From NCBI GenBank assembly GCA_050246895.1, contig JBFWVE010000001.1:724942-788941 (forward strand): a stretch of DNA of 64,000 bases, given 5' to 3'. The position numbers and the translations under genes are program-made. The stretch comes from Vicinamibacteria bacterium (GTDB taxonomy: Bacteria > Acidobacteriota > Vicinamibacteria > Fen-336). Positions 56,535 to 64,000 of the stretch are shown here, in pieces (the stretch's first letter is position 1; each line of letters opens with the position of its first letter). Under the pieces are notes generated by a model that worked only from the letters and a program-made list of their open reading frames with translations, was not told the DNA's origin and made no database searches.

Positions 56535-58211
56535 TCAGCGGTCCCGCGCGCTGTCCAGCACCAGCTCGGCCGCGCGCGCCGCGCCGTAGCCGTCGACCAG
56601 CGCGCGGCCCTTGTCGCTCATCTCGCGCCGCCTGGGCGCGTCCGCCAGCAGCGCCGCCACCCGCTCGCGCAGGGCCGCGGCGTCCACCTCGGCGCCGAGC
56701 CCAAGGTACTCGATGGTGCCGCTCTTCGCGAAACTGCGCATGCGGGCGTCCTCGCGCGCGTTCTGCGCGAGCACGATGCCGGGCGTGCCGAGCGCCGCGA
56801 TCTCGTAGACCGACATGCCGCCCGAGCACAGCACCAGGTCCGCCTCCAGCATCAGGTCCGCGATGTGGCCAGCCTCGTGGATCACGCCCAGCGGCCGGCC
56901 CAGCTTCGGCAAGAGCGCCGCGAGCTCGTGGCGGTGCGAGAACGCCGGGCCCGCCACCGCCTGCAGCTCGACCTCGGCCGGCAGCGAAGCCAGGGCCTGG
57001 AGCGCCAGCAGCGTGAGCCCGAGCGGGTCGGAGCCGCCGAAGCTCAGGAGCACGCGCCGCGCCTGCTCGCGCAGCTCCTTGCTACGGCCCTGGAAGTGGC
57101 TGCGCAGGATCGCGTAGGCGGGCCCGCCGTAGAAGCCCTCGGGCGTCTCGCGCTCGTCGTTCATCACCGAGACGATGATCTGCGCGTCCTGCTCCACGCG
57201 CTCGAGGTCGTCGAGCGTGTCGACCAGGTTGACGGTGGTGGCCCCGAGGTGGGCCAGCGCCCGCAGGTAGGCCTCGTCCAGCCGCGGCAGGTCGTTGATC
57301 AGGATCTCGGGCGCGTAGTCGCGGATCTGCTCGAGGTAGGCCTCGATGCCGGCCGCCCGCGCCACGCGCACCGCGTAGCCCTGTTGCGAGGCGACGCGGA
57401 TGCCGTCGCCGTGCTCGGCCGTCATCAGGAACGCGATGTCCGCGCGCGAGGCGCTGCGCAGCGCGTCCGCCACGGCCAGCGAGCGGAACACGTGGCCCAT
57501 GCCGATCGACGGGCCGCCGTCCACGCGGAACAGGATGCGCGGCTGGCGCAGCAGGCGCTCGGCCATCCAGAAGTCGTCGAGGTCGTAGACGGTGAAGCCC
57601 TCGCGACGGTCGAGCACCAGGTAGGAGACGCGCTCGCCGAAGCGCGAGGAGTGGTCGAGCACGGCGCGGCGCTGCGCCACGATCGCGCCGTTCTCGCGAT
57701 AGACAGGGGGCTGCTCGTCGCGGCGGCCCTCCTTCTCGAAGAGCGGCACCAGCAGGCCGTCCCGCGCCTGCCACTTCAGGGTGCGGTCCTCGGTGACCGA
57801 GACCACGGTGTCCGCCCCGCTCGCGACCAGCTTGCGGACCGCCGCGTCGATCGCGCGCGCCTCGCGGAACGGCGTCGTCGCCTGCAGCACCAGCACCACG
57901 TCGACGCGCTCGCCCGCGGCCTCGAGCTCGTGCACCGCGTGCGCCACCACCGGCTTCAAGCTGGGGATGTCCCCCGACAGCTCGGGCGGGCGCAGGAACG
58001 GCGTCTCGGCGCCGGAGCGGCGCGCCACCTCGGCGACGCGCGGGTCGTCGGTGGAGACCACCAGCCGATCGACGGTCGCCGCCTCGCGCGCCGCGTCGAG
58101 CGTGTGCGCGAGCAGGGGCCGGTCGCCCAGGCGCTTGATGTTGAGGTACGGCACGCGGTCGCTGCCCCCGCGCGCGGGCACCACCGCCACCACGCGAAGA
58201 CCGTCGATCAT
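56535..58211 (-). CDS. bifunctional fusion: CMP-nonulosonic-acid cytidylyltransferase (NeuA/PseF/LegF-like) plus PseG/SpsG-like UDP-sugar hydrolase (GT28-like)
   Basis: 558 aa. N-terminus: LRVVAVVPARGGSDRVPYLNIKRLGDRPLL..LQATTPF.. C-terminal half: ILFRVDGGPSIGMGHVFRSLAVADAL..LLSFGGSDPLGLT..DLVLCSGGMSVYEIAALGTPGIVL. Confidence 0.75.
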   Translation of the reverse strand: MIDGLRVVAVVPARGGSDRVPYLNIKRLGDRPLLAHTLDAAREAATVDRLVVSTDDPRVAEVARRSGAETPFLRPPELSGDIPSLKPVVAHAVHELEAAGERVDVVLVLQATTPFREARAIDAAVRKLVASGADTVVSVTEDRTLKWQARDGLLVPLFEKEGRRDEQPPVYRENGAIVAQRRAVLDHSSRFGERVSYLVLDRREGFTVYDLDDFWMAERLLRQPRILFRVDGGPSIGMGHVFRSLAVADALRSASRADIAFLMTAEHGDGIRVASQQGYAVRVARAAGIEAYLEQIRDYAPEILINDLPRLDEAYLRALAHLGATTVNLVDTLDDLERVEQDAQIIVSVMNDERETPEGFYGGPAYAILRSHFQGRSKELREQARRVLLSFGGSDPLGLTLLALQALASLPAEVELQAVAGPAFSHRHELAALLPKLGRPLGVIHEAGHIADLMLEADLVLCSGGMSVYEIAALGTPGIVLAQNAREDARMRSFAKSGTIEYLGLGAEVDAAALRERVAALLADAPRRREMSDKGRALVDGYGAARAAELVLDSARDR

Positions 58212-58220
58212 CGCGTGAGC

Positions 58221-58380
58221 CGGGGGGTGCTGCGCCGCACCCCCCGCTCGACTCGTGGCGACGCAGTGCGTCGCGTGTCACACGTCGGGTTGCCGCTCGT
58301 CTCGCTGCGCTCGACCGCGCGGCCCCGCCGCCCCCGCTCGCTCCGCCGACGTGAATCCGGCTGCGCTCGCCGCCCGTTGC
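58221..58380 (-). repeat. inverted copy of the 3.0-3.2 kb REP-like element (core 58331-58380; hairpin 58221-58246; extra palindrome 58258-58274)
   Basis: The reverse complement of 58331-58380 is gcaacgggcggcgagcgcagccggattcacgtcggcggagcgagcggggg. By my eye alignment it differs from copy 3166-3213 at about 4 positions and from copy 3004-3052 at about 7. The hairpin is cggggggtgc-tgcgcc-gcaccccccg. Confidence 0.75.
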
Positions 58381-59433
58381 TCAAACCATGTCCCAAGTAA
58401 GGGTGGTGTCCTCGGGGATGTCGGCGCGGGCGACGCGGCCGACGACGAGGCCCAGGAAGCGGGGGCTGATGCCCGTCCCCGGGCGCTTGTAGGTGAGCAT
58501 CTCGCGCGTGATGGTGGCGCCCTTCGGGATCGCGCGCTGCGAGGTGACGCTGCGGCGGGCATACAGGAAGGCCTCGCGCTCGAGCGGCTCGAGGCCCTTC
58601 TGCGCCTTGCCGAGCGCCTTCTCGATCACGCGGATGCCCTCGATCAGCGCCCGCAGCTCCGGCGGGTCGACCGACAGGTGATGGTCGGGCGACCCCGGCA
58701 GCGTCTTGTCGACCGTGTAGTGCTTCTCGACCATGCAGGCGCCGAGCGCCACTGCGGCCTGCGGCACGCTGATGCCGAGGGAGTGGTCGGAGAGCCCGAC
58801 GGGCACCTCGGGGAAGGCCCGCATCAGGTGCTCCATCATGCGCAGGTTGATGCCCTCGGGCGGGCACGGATATTTGAGCGTGCAGTGCAGCAGCACCACC
58901 TGCTCGTTGCCGGCGCCGCGGCAGACGTCGAGCGCCTCCTCGACCTCCGACAGCGTCGAGGTGCCCGTCGACAGGATCATCGGCCGGCCGATCCGCGCGG
59001 CGCGCTCGATCAGCCCGTGGCAGGTGAGGTCCGCCGAGGCGATCTTGAAGGCCGGCATCTCGAGCGCGCGAAGCGCGTCGACCGCCTCGTCGTCGAAGGG
59101 CGTCGAGAACGTGGTGAGCCCCACCCGCCGCGCGTGCGCCACCAGCTCGCGGAAGTCGGCGTCCTTCAGCTTGTCCAGGCGATCGAAGGTGTCCCACTGC
59201 GTCCCGTGCGGGTCCGCGGGCTCGACCCAATAGCGGGGCGCCACGCGTGTGGAGATCTTGCCCGCCGTGTAGCTCTGGAACTTGATGGCGTCGGCGCCCG
59301 CGGCGCGCGCCTCGTCGATCAGGCGCTTGCCGAGTGCCAAGTCGCAGTTGTGGTTGACGCCGGCCTCGGCGATCACGTAGCAGGGCTGGCCCTTGCCGAC
59401 GAGCCGCCCCGCGATCTCGAACGTGGACTTCAT
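58381..59433 (-). CDS. NeuB-family nonulosonic acid synthase (N-acetylneuraminate/pseudaminate/legionaminate synthase) with SAF domain
   Basis: ATG 59431-59433 overlaps the upstream stop (ATGA). 350 aa with ..GQPCYVIAEAGVNHNCDLALGKRLIDEARAAGADAIKFQ..ILSTG..LLHCTLKYP..VEKHYT.. and a C-terminal SAF domain. Confidence 0.88.
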   Translation of the reverse strand: MKSTFEIAGRLVGKGQPCYVIAEAGVNHNCDLALGKRLIDEARAAGADAIKFQSYTAGKISTRVAPRYWVEPADPHGTQWDTFDRLDKLKDADFRELVAHARRVGLTTFSTPFDDEAVDALRALEMPAFKIASADLTCHGLIERAARIGRPMILSTGTSTLSEVEEALDVCRGAGNEQVVLLHCTLKYPCPPEGINLRMMEHLMRAFPEVPVGLSDHSLGISVPQAAVALGACMVEKHYTVDKTLPGSPDHHLSVDPPELRALIEGIRVIEKALGKAQKGLEPLEREAFLYARRSVTSQRAIPKGATITREMLTYKRPGTGISPRFLGLVVGRVARADIPEDTTLTWDMV

Positions 59434-60212
59434 GGGTTCTCTCTCGCGCCCGCGATCGCCGCGTCGAGAGCGACCGAGCGCAGGTTGTGCGACTTGTGGC
59501 GCAGGTGGGCGTTGAGGCGCGCCAGCTCGGGCTCGCGGTCGAGCAGCTCGATCGCCTCGCGCGTCGCCACCCGGTGGCCGGGTCGCGCCAGGCGCTCGAA
59601 GATGCGTTGCATCAGCTCGACGTCGGCGGCCTCGTCGACCGTCAGCCGGCACTCCGCCCGATAGAGCCCCTCCGGCAGCTCGACGGTCCGGATGCGGAAC
59701 TCCGCCGGGTGCTCCTTGATGTACAGCGTCACGAGCTCCGAGCGGTGCCGCGGCTCCCCGCGCTGCCAGGAGCGTTCGAGCGCCTGGCGCGACACGAGCT
59801 CCGGGAGGATGCCCATCAACAGCGCGTCCCCCGGCACGTAGGTGTAGTCGGCCGCCGCCGCCAGGTGCTCGCGCAGCAACGCCGCGAGCGTCTCGAGGTC
59901 GGTCAGCGGGTTGTCGCCGGTGACGCGCACCACGTGCTCCGCGTCGTGCGCGCGGGCGCACTCGACGTGGCGCCGCAGCACGTCGTCCTCGTCGCCGCGG
60001 AAGGCCGGCACCCCGCAGCGGCGGGCCGCCGCCTCCAGCGCGTCGTTCTCCGGGTTGAGCGAGGTCGCCAGCACCACCGGCAGGCCGCTCGCCTGCATCC
60101 TCGTCAGCAGCACCTCCAGCAGCGGGCGTCCCGCGAGCGGCGCCAGCGCCTTGCCGGGGCAGCGACTGCTGGCCATGCGCGCGCTGACGACGACCACGAC
60201 GCGCGCGCTCAC
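59430..60212 (-). CDS. SpsF-like cytidylyltransferase-fold protein (acylneuraminate cytidylyltransferase family)
   Basis: GTG 60210-60212 overlaps the upstream stop (GTGA). 260 aa: VSARVVVVVSARMASSRCPGKALAPLAGRPLLEVLL..VVRVTGDNPL.. Confidence 0.75.
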   Translation of the reverse strand: MSARVVVVVSARMASSRCPGKALAPLAGRPLLEVLLTRMQASGLPVVLATSLNPENDALEAAARRCGVPAFRGDEDDVLRRHVECARAHDAEHVVRVTGDNPLTDLETLAALLREHLAAAADYTYVPGDALLMGILPELVSRQALERSWQRGEPRHRSELVTLYIKEHPAEFRIRTVELPEGLYRAECRLTVDEAADVELMQRIFERLARPGHRVATREAIELLDREPELARLNAHLRHKSHNLRSVALDAAIAGARENP

Positions 60213-61240
60213 TCGAGCATCTCCTCGCGCAGCGTCTCGTCGGCCTGGATCGGGTGCTTCGCCCGCCGCCCGATCAGGCGGTGCGCCTCGCGCGGCGGGA
60301 AGCCCGGCTCGTAGCGGGTGTCCGTGCGCTTGAAGGCCAGCATCTCCGCGGTCAGCGCCTGGCCGCGCGGGATCAGCCGCGCCGCCACCACGGAGCGCGC
60401 CATCATCCGGTGGTAGCGGCGCGCGCCCTCGCTGTCGCCGGCGGGCCCGTCGCCCGCCGCGCGCTCGGCCTGGCGCAGCAGCTCGACCATCCGGTAGAAG
60501 TCCTCGGGGCTCAGCGAGGAGTGGTAGTCGTAGCCCTTCTCGCTGCGGTCGAGGGTGAAGTGCTTCTCGACCAGATCGGCTCCGTAGGCCACGGCCAGCG
60601 CGGGCGCCACGAGAGCGAAGGCCGAACCGCCGTCGGTGTGGTCCAGGAAGCCGACCGGCACGTGGTAGCGCTCGCGCCACGCCAGCAGCTCGCGGAAGCG
60701 GATCTCCTCGATCGGCGTCGGGAAGGTCTGGAAGCCGTGCAGCAACAGCACGGGCGCCGCGCCGACCAGGTCGAGCGCCTCGCGCACCGCGTCCTCCGGC
60801 ACGCCGCCGGTGGCGAACATCACCGGCCGCCCGCTGGCGCCCACCGCCTTGATGAACTCGGGGTTCTCCATGTCGGTGGTGTGGACCTTGAGCGCGTCGG
60901 CGTCCATCTCCAGCGCGAGCTCGAGCGACGGCGGGTCGAAGGCTTCGGCCAGCAGCGCCAGGCCCGAGGCCTTGGCCGCCTTCAGCACCTTGCGCCACTC
61001 CTTCACCGACAGCTCGATCTGGTCGAAGTCCTTGCGCGCGGGGTGCCGGCGCACGACCAGCAGCTCGGCGCGGAAGAGCTGGAACTTGATGCCGTCCGCC
61101 CCCATCTTGAAGGCCGCGTCGATCATCTTGAGGGCCACGTCCGCCGAGCCGCCGTGGGCCGACGCGACCTCCGCCAGCACGAAGCAGGGCTGGCCGTCTC
61201 CGATGCTGCGGCTGCCGATGCTGACGCTTCCCGGCCTCAT
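60209..61240 (-). CDS. divergent second NeuB/SpsE-family sugar-phosphate aldolase-type synthase with SAF domain
   Basis: ATG 61238-61240 is preceded by GAGGA. 343 aa with ..GQPCFVLAEVASAHGGSADVALKMIDAAFKMGADGIKFQ.. The canonical AEAGxNHNG reads AEVASAHGG here. ..VEKHFTLD.. and a SAF-like C-terminus are present. Confidence 0.72.
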   Translation of the reverse strand: MRPGSVSIGSRSIGDGQPCFVLAEVASAHGGSADVALKMIDAAFKMGADGIKFQLFRAELLVVRRHPARKDFDQIELSVKEWRKVLKAAKASGLALLAEAFDPPSLELALEMDADALKVHTTDMENPEFIKAVGASGRPVMFATGGVPEDAVREALDLVGAAPVLLLHGFQTFPTPIEEIRFRELLAWRERYHVPVGFLDHTDGGSAFALVAPALAVAYGADLVEKHFTLDRSEKGYDYHSSLSPEDFYRMVELLRQAERAAGDGPAGDSEGARRYHRMMARSVVAARLIPRGQALTAEMLAFKRTDTRYEPGFPPREAHRLIGRRAKHPIQADETLREEMLE

Positions 61241-61247
61241 GCGATCC

Positions 61248-63188
61248 TCAAGGTAACACGCAGGCCATTTCCTCGAGCAGGCGCAGCAGGCGCGCGGTGG
61301 CCTGTCCGTCGACGCCGGCGGCGACGTCATGGAGGTAGCGCGCGCGCGCCTGCGCGAGCCGATCGCGCGCCTGCGGGTCGTCGAGGGCGGCGCGCAGCGC
61401 GGCGGCGGGGTCCTCGCCGGCGGCGACGCCGAGCGCCGCGCCCGCCTCGACCATCTCGGCCAGGTTGGTCGGCATGTTGAGGATCAGCACCGGGCGGCCG
61501 AGCACGAGCGCCTCCACCGCCGAGAGCGACTCGACCGTGACGAGCACGTCGCAGGCGTGCAGCAGCTCGAGCAGCGGCGCCTGTGGCGGCAGCACCCGCA
61601 GCCGCTGGCTGCCCAGCACGCGCGCCGCCTGCTCGTAGTCCGAGGCGGGCTCCGCGGGGTGCGGCTTCACGACGAGCCGCACGCCGGGCAGCGTGTCGAC
61701 GGCCCGCACCAGCGAGGCGAAGGCGCTGCCGATCGACTGGTGCGTGCGGCGGATCCCGTGGTAGCGGCTCGCCACCGCCACCAGCCGCTCGCCCGGGCCT
61801 ACGCCGAAGTCGCGGCGCAGGGCCTCGGCGTCCCAGCTGCGCGCCGTCTCGAGCAGCTCGTCGAACTTCGGGCTGCCGGTGACGACGAGGCTCTCGGGCC
61901 GGTAGCGCCCCTCCTCGACCAGGAAGCGGCGGGCCGCCTCTCCGAAGACGGCCGTGCGGTCGGGGCGCGGGCAGGCCTCCTCGCCCGGCGCGTGCATGTA
62001 CGAGTAGTAGCGCGGGTACAGGATGCCGTGCTGGATGCCCAGCGCCGGCACGCCGAGCTCGCGCGCGGCGACGAGCGCCGCCCGGCCCCAGCCGCTCGAC
62101 TCGGCGTAGAGCGCCAGCACCGACGGCCGCGTGGCGACGAGCGCCGCCCGCGCCTCCTCGATCGAGCGCACCGCCCACGGCACCTGCAGCAGCAGCGTGC
62201 CGGCGAGCGCCGGCTCCCCGAGGTCGTCGAAGCGCACGCCGCGATGGCTGAAGGCGAGCGCCAGCGCGGGGCTGCGGCGCAGCCCTCGCCACAGCTCCCG
62301 CGCACGGGCCGAGGCGCGCCAGGTCACGTCGCGCACGCGCGTGTCGCTGTAGCGGTTCATGTGGACGTAGGGCCCGCCCGCGCGCGGGCCGAACCAGTCG
62401 CGCAGGCGGTCGCCGAGCGCGCGGCGGCGGAACGCCGCGCGCGGCCCAACAGCCACCACGAACGGCCGCAGCCCGCCGCTTCGCTCGACCTCGGGCAGCA
62501 GCCGGTCGAAGTAGTGCTCGTAGATCTCGTGACGGCCCTCGCGGGTGCGCTCCTTCCAGAAGGCGGCGTGCGACAGGAACAGCACGCGCCGGCCGGCGGG
62601 CGGGGCCGGAGGCGGCCCGGCGAGCGAGGACTTGAGCGCGGCGGCGGCCGTCTTCCAGTCGTTCAGGCGGCTCTCGAGCTCGATCCGCCGCGTCTGCCGC
62701 CGCGGCCGGCGGGCGCGGCCGGCCTCGCCCTGGAACAGCGCGCCGCGCACGACGCACGCGCGGGACAGCAGCAGCGTCTCGGTTTCGTCGAGGCCGAAGG
62801 CCTCGACCTCCTCGGCCCCCGTGCGCTCGAGCAGGCGCAGGAAGCTCTCGGCGAGGCGCACGCAGTGCGTGGCCTCGGTCGAATGGTGGAGGTAGAGCTC
62901 GGCGAACCACCACAGCGAGAGACGGCCCTCGAAGTCCAGCAGCTCGATCAGGTTGCGCCCGTCGAGCAGCGGGAAGCGCCCGAAGCCGCGCGTCCACTCG
63001 ACGGCGGCAGCGTCCGCGGCCTCGGCGTCGCTCCTGTCGAGCAGCGCGGCCGCGCGCTCGTGGACGACGCCCGCGGCCGCGAGCGCCCCCGCCGCCTGTT
63101 CGTCCCACGCCAGCACGCGCGCGCCGCGCCCGTGCGCCGCGCGCGCCCCCCCGGGCGCGCCTCCCGCGCAGAGCACGAGCGTTCTCAC
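61248..63188 (-). CDS. large GT-B-like transferase of the TagF / KpsC-KpsS / 'HP-motif' sialyltransferase type (candidate ulosonic-acid or glycosyl-phosphate transferase)
   Basis: GTG 63186-63188 overlaps the upstream stop (GTGA). 646 aa. C-terminal half: ..FLVEEGRYRPESLVVTGSPKFDELL..ERLVAVASRYHG..VRLVVKPHPAEP..DVLVTVESLSAVEALVLGRPVLIL. The family assignment is by motif only. Confidence 0.5.
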   Translation of the reverse strand: MRTLVLCAGGAPGGARAAHGRGARVLAWDEQAAGALAAAGVVHERAAALLDRSDAEAADAAAVEWTRGFGRFPLLDGRNLIELLDFEGRLSLWWFAELYLHHSTEATHCVRLAESFLRLLERTGAEEVEAFGLDETETLLLSRACVVRGALFQGEAGRARRPRRQTRRIELESRLNDWKTAAAALKSSLAGPPPAPPAGRRVLFLSHAAFWKERTREGRHEIYEHYFDRLLPEVERSGGLRPFVVAVGPRAAFRRRALGDRLRDWFGPRAGGPYVHMNRYSDTRVRDVTWRASARARELWRGLRRSPALALAFSHRGVRFDDLGEPALAGTLLLQVPWAVRSIEEARAALVATRPSVLALYAESSGWGRAALVAARELGVPALGIQHGILYPRYYSYMHAPGEEACPRPDRTAVFGEAARRFLVEEGRYRPESLVVTGSPKFDELLETARSWDAEALRRDFGVGPGERLVAVASRYHGIRRTHQSIGSAFASLVRAVDTLPGVRLVVKPHPAEPASDYEQAARVLGSQRLRVLPPQAPLLELLHACDVLVTVESLSAVEALVLGRPVLILNMPTNLAEMVEAGAALGVAAGEDPAAALRAALDDPQARDRLAQARARYLHDVAAGVDGQATARLLRLLEEMACVLP

Positions 63189-64000
63189 GGCAGCTCCCGC
63201 GGCCGGAAGCCACGGGCCTCGAGCAGCGCCGCCGCGGGCGCCAGCACCCGCGCCGGCTCGACAAGGCGCAGGCACTCCGGCGGCTCCGGGCCGGCGCACT
63301 CTCCGGGTGGCAGGCGGATCAGGTTGCAAGGTGCGCACCACAGCTCCGCGCGCACCACCACGTGCCGCGTGCCCGCAGCGCCGCTGCCGCCGGAGAAGTA
63401 GCGCACGGAGTCGGAGGGGCCGAACACCGAGACGGACGGCGCGCCGACGGCGCAGGCCATGTGCATCGGACCCGTGTCGGGAGACAGGAACAGGTCGAGG
63501 CGCGAGAGCACGGCCATCGTCTCGCGCACGCCGAGCTTGCCGGTGAGATCGAAGGGCCGGCGCGGCAGCCCGGCCTGCAGCTGCCGCGCGAGCGCGGCAT
63601 CGGCCGCCGAGCCCGTGACGAGCAGGCTCGCGCCCCAGCGCAGCTGCAGCACGCGCGCGACCTCGGCCCAGCGCTCGATCGGCCATTGCTTGACGAGCCG
63701 CCCGCCGCTCGGATGGATCGCCACCACCGGCCGCGCCCGCTCGAGCCCGAGGTTCTCGAAAAGCCGCGCCGCGAAGGCGCGGTCCTCGTCCGTCAGCGGA
63801 TCGCAGGGTGCTTCTCCCGCGGGCGCGCCGAGCGCCGCGGCCACCGCCCGCCGGTTCTGCTCGACCCAGGAGACGCTCTCGTCGAGGTCCACCACCCCGG
63901 TCAGCAGGAAGCCGCCGCCGCTGTTCGCGTAGCCCACGCGCCGGCGGGCCCCGCTCTGCCACGCGAGCAGGTTGGCCCGCACGTCGCCCTGCAGATCGAG
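63185..64000 (-). CDS. GT9-family glycosyltransferase (heptosyltransferase-like), 5'-truncated by the window edge
   Basis: The frame is open to nt 64000 (LDLQGDVRANLLAW.., the GT9 'DLQG' motif). ..VAIHPSGGRLVKQWPIERWAEV.., ..SPDTGPMHMACAVGAPSVSVFGPS.. Confidence 0.8.
   Translation of the reverse strand, partial: LDLQGDVRANLLAWQSGARRRVGYANSGGGFLLTGVVDLDESVSWVEQNRRAVAAALGAPAGEAPCDPLTDEDRAFAARLFENLGLERARPVVAIHPSGGRLVKQWPIERWAEVARVLQLRWGASLLVTGSAADAALARQLQAGLPRRPFDLTGKLGVRETMAVLSRLDLFLSPDTGPMHMACAVGAPSVSVFGPSDSVRYFSGGSGAAGTRHVVVRAELWCAPCNLIRLPPGECAGPEPPECLRLVEPARVLAPAAALLEARGFRPRELP

Overview
This is a high-GC bacterial chromosomal window, roughly 70% G+C by eye, with almost no non-coding DNA. 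I saw no rRNA, tRNA, CRISPR array, transposase or phage genes. The taxon cannot be fixed from the sequence. The gene order dprA-topA-trmFO-xerC-hslVU and the composition fit a deltaproteobacterial/Myxococcota-like or similar high-GC lineage, but that is only a guess. The window has two halves. (1) 1-31.9 kb is a housekeeping and cell-envelope core. It holds rsfS-nadD-obg, rpmA-rplU and an operon encoding a TPR protein, a lipoprotein and a 988-aa Omp85-type barrel fused to a peptidase-like module and a TolB-like propeller. It also holds dprA-topA-trmFO-xerC, an inserted ECF sigma/anti-sigma module, hslVU, transaldolase, an acyl-CoA carboxylase operon and tamB-bamA with a SurA-like chaperone gene. 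(2) 31.9-64 kb is one very large glycan-biosynthesis supra-operon on the minus strand, interrupted by a single plus-strand gene. Most of its genes are translationally coupled through 1-4 nt ATGA/GTGA/TTGA overlaps. It encodes one GT2 polyprenyl-phosphate-sugar-synthase-like enzyme, seven GT4 enzymes, a GT9, three SAM methyltransferases, a CE4-like deacetylase, a GNAT and an FAD oxidoreductase. It also encodes an SDR epimerase/dehydratase, a Wzx flippase and a nonulosonic-acid module (two NeuB-family synthases, an SpsF-like cytidylyltransferase and a fused cytidylyltransferase-PseG protein). The most unusual part is a family of four GT-C-like multi-pass membrane proteins that share and shuffle an uncharacterised soluble domain. 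A second point of interest is a dispersed REP-like repeat with a conserved hairpin that shows a compensatory base-pair change. It occurs in tandem at 2.9-3.2 kb and again, inverted, at 58.2-58.4 kb. Many long ORFs in the six-frame track are antisense or out-of-frame artefacts of the high GC content. Several true genes start at internal ATG/GTG/TTG codons of longer listed ORFs, and I recomputed those starts by hand.
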